Shown: positions 60,058 through 64,000 of the stretch, one piece after another
How the letters are laid out: every line of letters begins with the position of its first letter
How positions within the stretch are numbered: the stretch's first letter is position 1
Source: Eledone cirrhosa
Lineage: Eukaryota
DNA: 64,000 nucleotides
Direction: 5' to 3'
Assembly (NCBI GenBank): GCA_964016885.1
Contig: OZ024742.1
Span: 90,706,001 to 90,770,000, forward strand
Position numbers and translations under genes: made by a program
The notes under the pieces: generated by a model
What the model was told of the DNA's origin: nothing
Database searches by the model: none
The model's input: the letters and a program-made list of their open reading frames with translations, nothing else

Positions 60058-61090
60058 GTGTAAGCAATGGATACATTGCAATACACTACATCGTACAAAT
60101 CAAATAAACTCTGAATAGAACACCAACGAAAAATAGAGCTGCATTAAGAAAAATCCCGTAATAAAATACACGAATAATCAAGTAAATGATATTCATATCA
60201 CAATACAATTACAAAACCAATATTGCAGACCATTTAATCGACTTTCTCCACACCCAAAATTGTTGGTCTTGTGCCTAAATCAGAAACCAATATTACAGGC
60301 CACAGTACAATTTTAATCACAAAATATAACTTTAACTTGTAATAAATACGTATAATTCTCACGGTAAAATTTAATATTTCAAATTCCACTATTAAAATAC
60401 TGGTGAAGAACGAACTGCATGCAATTTCATAAGGTACATAGCCTACAATAAAAGCGGCAGTAAAAATATATCAACACACTACATCCCAATGAAAATATGG
60501 CGAAATTCTAGCAATGCCGATTAAATTATGGAATTAGGAATGCTGCTGTCCCAAACAAGCTGCAAAACACTTGGAAGAAAATATGAGAAAGTTTTAATAG
60601 AAACGTTAAAACGCGGAACTCTCCTGTCTCTAACAGTTTGTATATCTGATAGAAAGGCTCTTCCTCGATATATATATGTGGTGAGGGGCTAACCTCTCTT
60701 ATTGCACTACATTTTCTATCTAGATGGAAGGAAGCGCACAGTGCGAGGTGTGAAGCAGTTAATATAAGGACTATACATATTGCCAACTTGTGCCGGCGCA
60801 GACGTTAGATTTTATGGCCTGCCATTTGGATAAGACGCCGGTGAGCAAACAGAGACAGTATTAGCGTCAGTGACAGACCAAGAACCTAAACAAACGATAT
60901 ATACACCTACATATAGATACATGTGTCTATATGTATACGTATTTTTATATCGTTTTCCCTACATATACACATACTTGCAATTGTGTTTGTGTGTGAGTGT
61001 ATACATATATATATAAACATATAAACAATCGCATGCGTATGTTTGTGTACGGAAAATGATATAAAAACACATTTACACATAGCTATATGT

Positions 61091-61132
<42 letters not shown>

Positions 61133-61565
61133 GTGTGTGTGTGTATATATATATGTGTGTGTGTCTGTATGTGTGTGTAAACAAGCAAACACCCTTTTAT
61201 ATGACTAATTATAAAAACATTAACAAACTTAATTATAAGTATGTATTTCACTCTACAGGTATCGGACGATATATTTGTATGAATCTCACTCTCTCTCTCC
61301 CTTCTATATACACACGCCCCCACACACACAAACACACACAAACACACATATATCAAGCACATTTGTATGTATATACTTTTACAGCTTATATTTGAACACC
61401 TTACTTTAAAAATATGGACTTCTCATGTTGTCGCTAAGAATTACATAGGAATTGTAGGGCGCCATAATTATTTGGATGGACATATATCATATTATTGTTT
61501 CTTATTCAATGGAAAGTTGTGTGGTGAAATTTAGCGTCAATCTCTTTAGGATGTGAACTAATAAT

Positions 61566-61779
61566 GGTTTCTTATATAGGCACAAGGCCAGCAATTTTGG
61601 GGGAGGGGAAATTCGATTAAATCGACCCCAGTGCGTGAATGGTACTTTATTTTATCGACCCCATAAGGATGAAAGGCAAAGTTAACCTCGGCGGGATTTG
61701 AACTCACACCATAAAGGGCCATAACTCTTTGCTGAAAAGCATGGCGTCCGACCCTCTACCAATACTGCCAATCCACCAC
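61566..61779 (-). mobile_element. SINE family A
   Basis: Reverse complement of the consensus. Confidence 0.85.
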
Positions 61780-62397
61780 TAATAATGAATATAGGGCTAC
61801 ACATTCGCCATTCCCCCAAATGTTTTTTCAAAGTTATTGTCAGAACATCATTCGGCCATAATACATTCCCGTATGCGTGCAAATAAATACACACAAACAG
61901 ACAGACATAACTTTCGCTTTGGAACAACTTTTCCGAATGGACTCAATTCTCACCCCACAGTTCTTATAACCTCATTTTATCCTTGCACTCACACATAAAA
62001 ACACGCATATACACACCAACACCAGCCATCACACAATACACAACCACATTTGCAACATCCGTATATACCACCCAACACACATCTACCTCTGCACACACTT
62101 AACCGTCAATCCTACACTTTCTGACGCATGCACACGTATGTGCACATGCCCCCACACACCAGCGACACACATTCCCGTCCATGTGTGTTTGTATCTCTTG
62201 CAAACGCTTCAGTGTCGCGACTGTGGCGCCGTCGTTGTTGAACGTTTCCTAACATTTACTCCGTCCCCACCACTTCCCGGCTCAATCCACCTCCATGCAC
62301 GTAGCGACTTCATACCTTGGAGCTTAGCCGTTTACAGTCGCACAAACATATTGTGTTATTCGAAGCTAAGAAGCTTCGCTTACGACCATACCACATA

Positions 62398-62582
62398 ATT
62401 GTTTCTACTTTTGGCACAAGGCCAGCAATTATCCACTGCATTACTGGTACTTTATTTTATCGACCCCGTAAGGATGAAAGGCAAAGTTAACCTCGGCGGG
62501 ATTTGAAGTCAGAATGGTAAGGGCCGTAACTCTATGCGTCAAAGCATGGTATCCGACCCTCTACCGATACTGCCAATCCACC
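62398..62582 (-). mobile_element. SINE family A
   Basis: Reverse complement of the consensus. Confidence 0.87.
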
Positions 62583-63471
62583 AAAATGACACCACCATTA
62601 CTATGGATATATACTATAAACACACAGACACCCATCAATACCTGAATTTTAAGTCGTGCTATCCACCACATACAAAACGCAACATCCCATACTGCCTAGC
62701 CATAAGAATTTGTACCATTGTAGAAGATACGAATACCAGGAACAAACGTCTAACAGAACTGAGAGAATTTTTGCTCAAACAAAAATACCCATCTCTACTT
62801 ATAGAAAATGGCATACAGCTGGCTATAAAAATACCTATGCAACAACTTAGGACAACCCAAGGAAGAAGAAACCAAGAACGGTCATACCATTTATAATGAC
62901 ACACAACCCATGTCACCAGAATATCTTCAACACTGCCAAAGCAAACCCATTGATCATTGCTCAAAGTAATGAATTAAAAGGTTTAATCACAGACCGAGCT
63001 TTGATTCTTAGTAAAAGACAGCCGAAAAATTTAGATACAGTGAATGATTGGTTTTTGTTGTTAAGGTCAAACTTTGCCTTTGTTAGTAATTGCTTCAAAT
63101 TTTGTGCCGTTGTGGAACATGTCAGTTCATACATACTGGTCAATATATGAACACAAAAACTGGAAAAATATTCCCAAATGCAAATATGAACTGCAAAAGC
63201 AGAAATCTAATTTACTGCATTAAATGCCCGAATTGTGAAGAACTATATGTGTCGGTCAAACAGAAAATGCACTATCGGAACGTGCACCGACAGCAAATCA
63301 TACACCCAAATGTCCGTCAGATACCCCCTGAGTAACCATCTAGCAGCATGTGGTCAGAAAATATTTATAATATTTCCATTCTACAAACTACACAGCCCAA
63401 GTGAAATCAAGAGAAAAATTAAAGAAAAGAATTATATTGATAAATTCCAACCAAAGTTAAATGAACAATAA
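62583..63471 (+). pseudogene. Penelope-like RT-thumb/GIY-YIG fragment with internal inversion
   Basis: DIYYKHTDTHQYLNFKSCYPPHTKRNIPYCLAIRICTIV..; NCKSRNLIYCIKCPNCEELYV; KEKNYIDKFQPKLN; ~63030-63130 reads coding on the minus strand. Confidence 0.85.
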
Positions 63472-63474
63472 TAA

Positions 63475-63660
63475 TTGTTTCTACTTTAGGTACAAGGCCA
63501 GCAATTACCCAGTGCATTACTGGTACTTTATTTTATCGACCCCGTAAGGATGAAAGGCAAAGTCAACCTCGGCGCGATTTGAACTCAGATCGTAAAGGGA
63601 CGTAACTATGCTGGAAAGCATGGCGTCCGACCCTCTACCGATACTGCCAATCCACCGCCC
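63475..63660 (-). mobile_element. SINE family A
   Basis: Reverse complement of the consensus; near-identical to 32194 and 54735. Confidence 0.88.
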
Positions 63661-64000
63661 TAAATGAATAATAATAATGCTTAGGGGTATTACTTCGGCT
63701 ATGGCTACGCCTACGACTATGTCGACTACCACCACTAACAACAACAACAACAACGATAATAATAATAATATAAGTGATGTTGATGTTGATGTTTACTGAA
63801 GATGTTTTATAAAATCCCTAGAAAATGCTATTTTCATCATTTCTAAAAATAGCAAAACAATTGATGCTTTGGATAGGGTCAAATAGAAGTTGTTAGACAT
63901 GCTCAACCAGCCGTGACGCCCCCTTTTTACTGTATATAAGGCACAGTTTTTAGCCATCTCATTACAGTTGAAAATTGTTAACTTGACTGTCACCACTGAA

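Noticed and set aside
51686-64000. Next PRDM1 exon (expected NWMRYV-type motif)
   Set aside because: Not found by eye in this window; it probably lies downstream.

Overview
Eukaryotic (metazoan) genomic DNA, very AT-rich and dominated by (TA)n compound microsatellites. The SINE complement and repeat landscape suggest a coleoid cephalopod such as Octopus (inference). The only host gene I can support is a PRDM1/Blimp-1-like PR-domain gene on the + strand, seen as two phase-0-compatible exons (9234-9409 and 51563-51685) separated by a ~42 kb intron. The rest is mobile DNA: a DD37D Tc1/mariner relic, a nearly full-length RTE, R4/Dong-like REL retrotransposons sitting in (TAA)n, about 12 copies of a tRNA-derived SINE, an hAT MITE and Penelope-like fragments. 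The most striking hidden structure is a dense set of minimal type I hammerhead ribozyme motifs (about a dozen intact-looking, plus degenerate ones). They occur in fold-back cassettes within microsatellites and in two homologous, oppositely oriented, retrozyme-like tandem arrays (310 bp and 316 bp units). The 316 bp array carries a compensatory U3-A8 catalytic-core variant. All ribozyme structures were folded by eye and their activity is untested.
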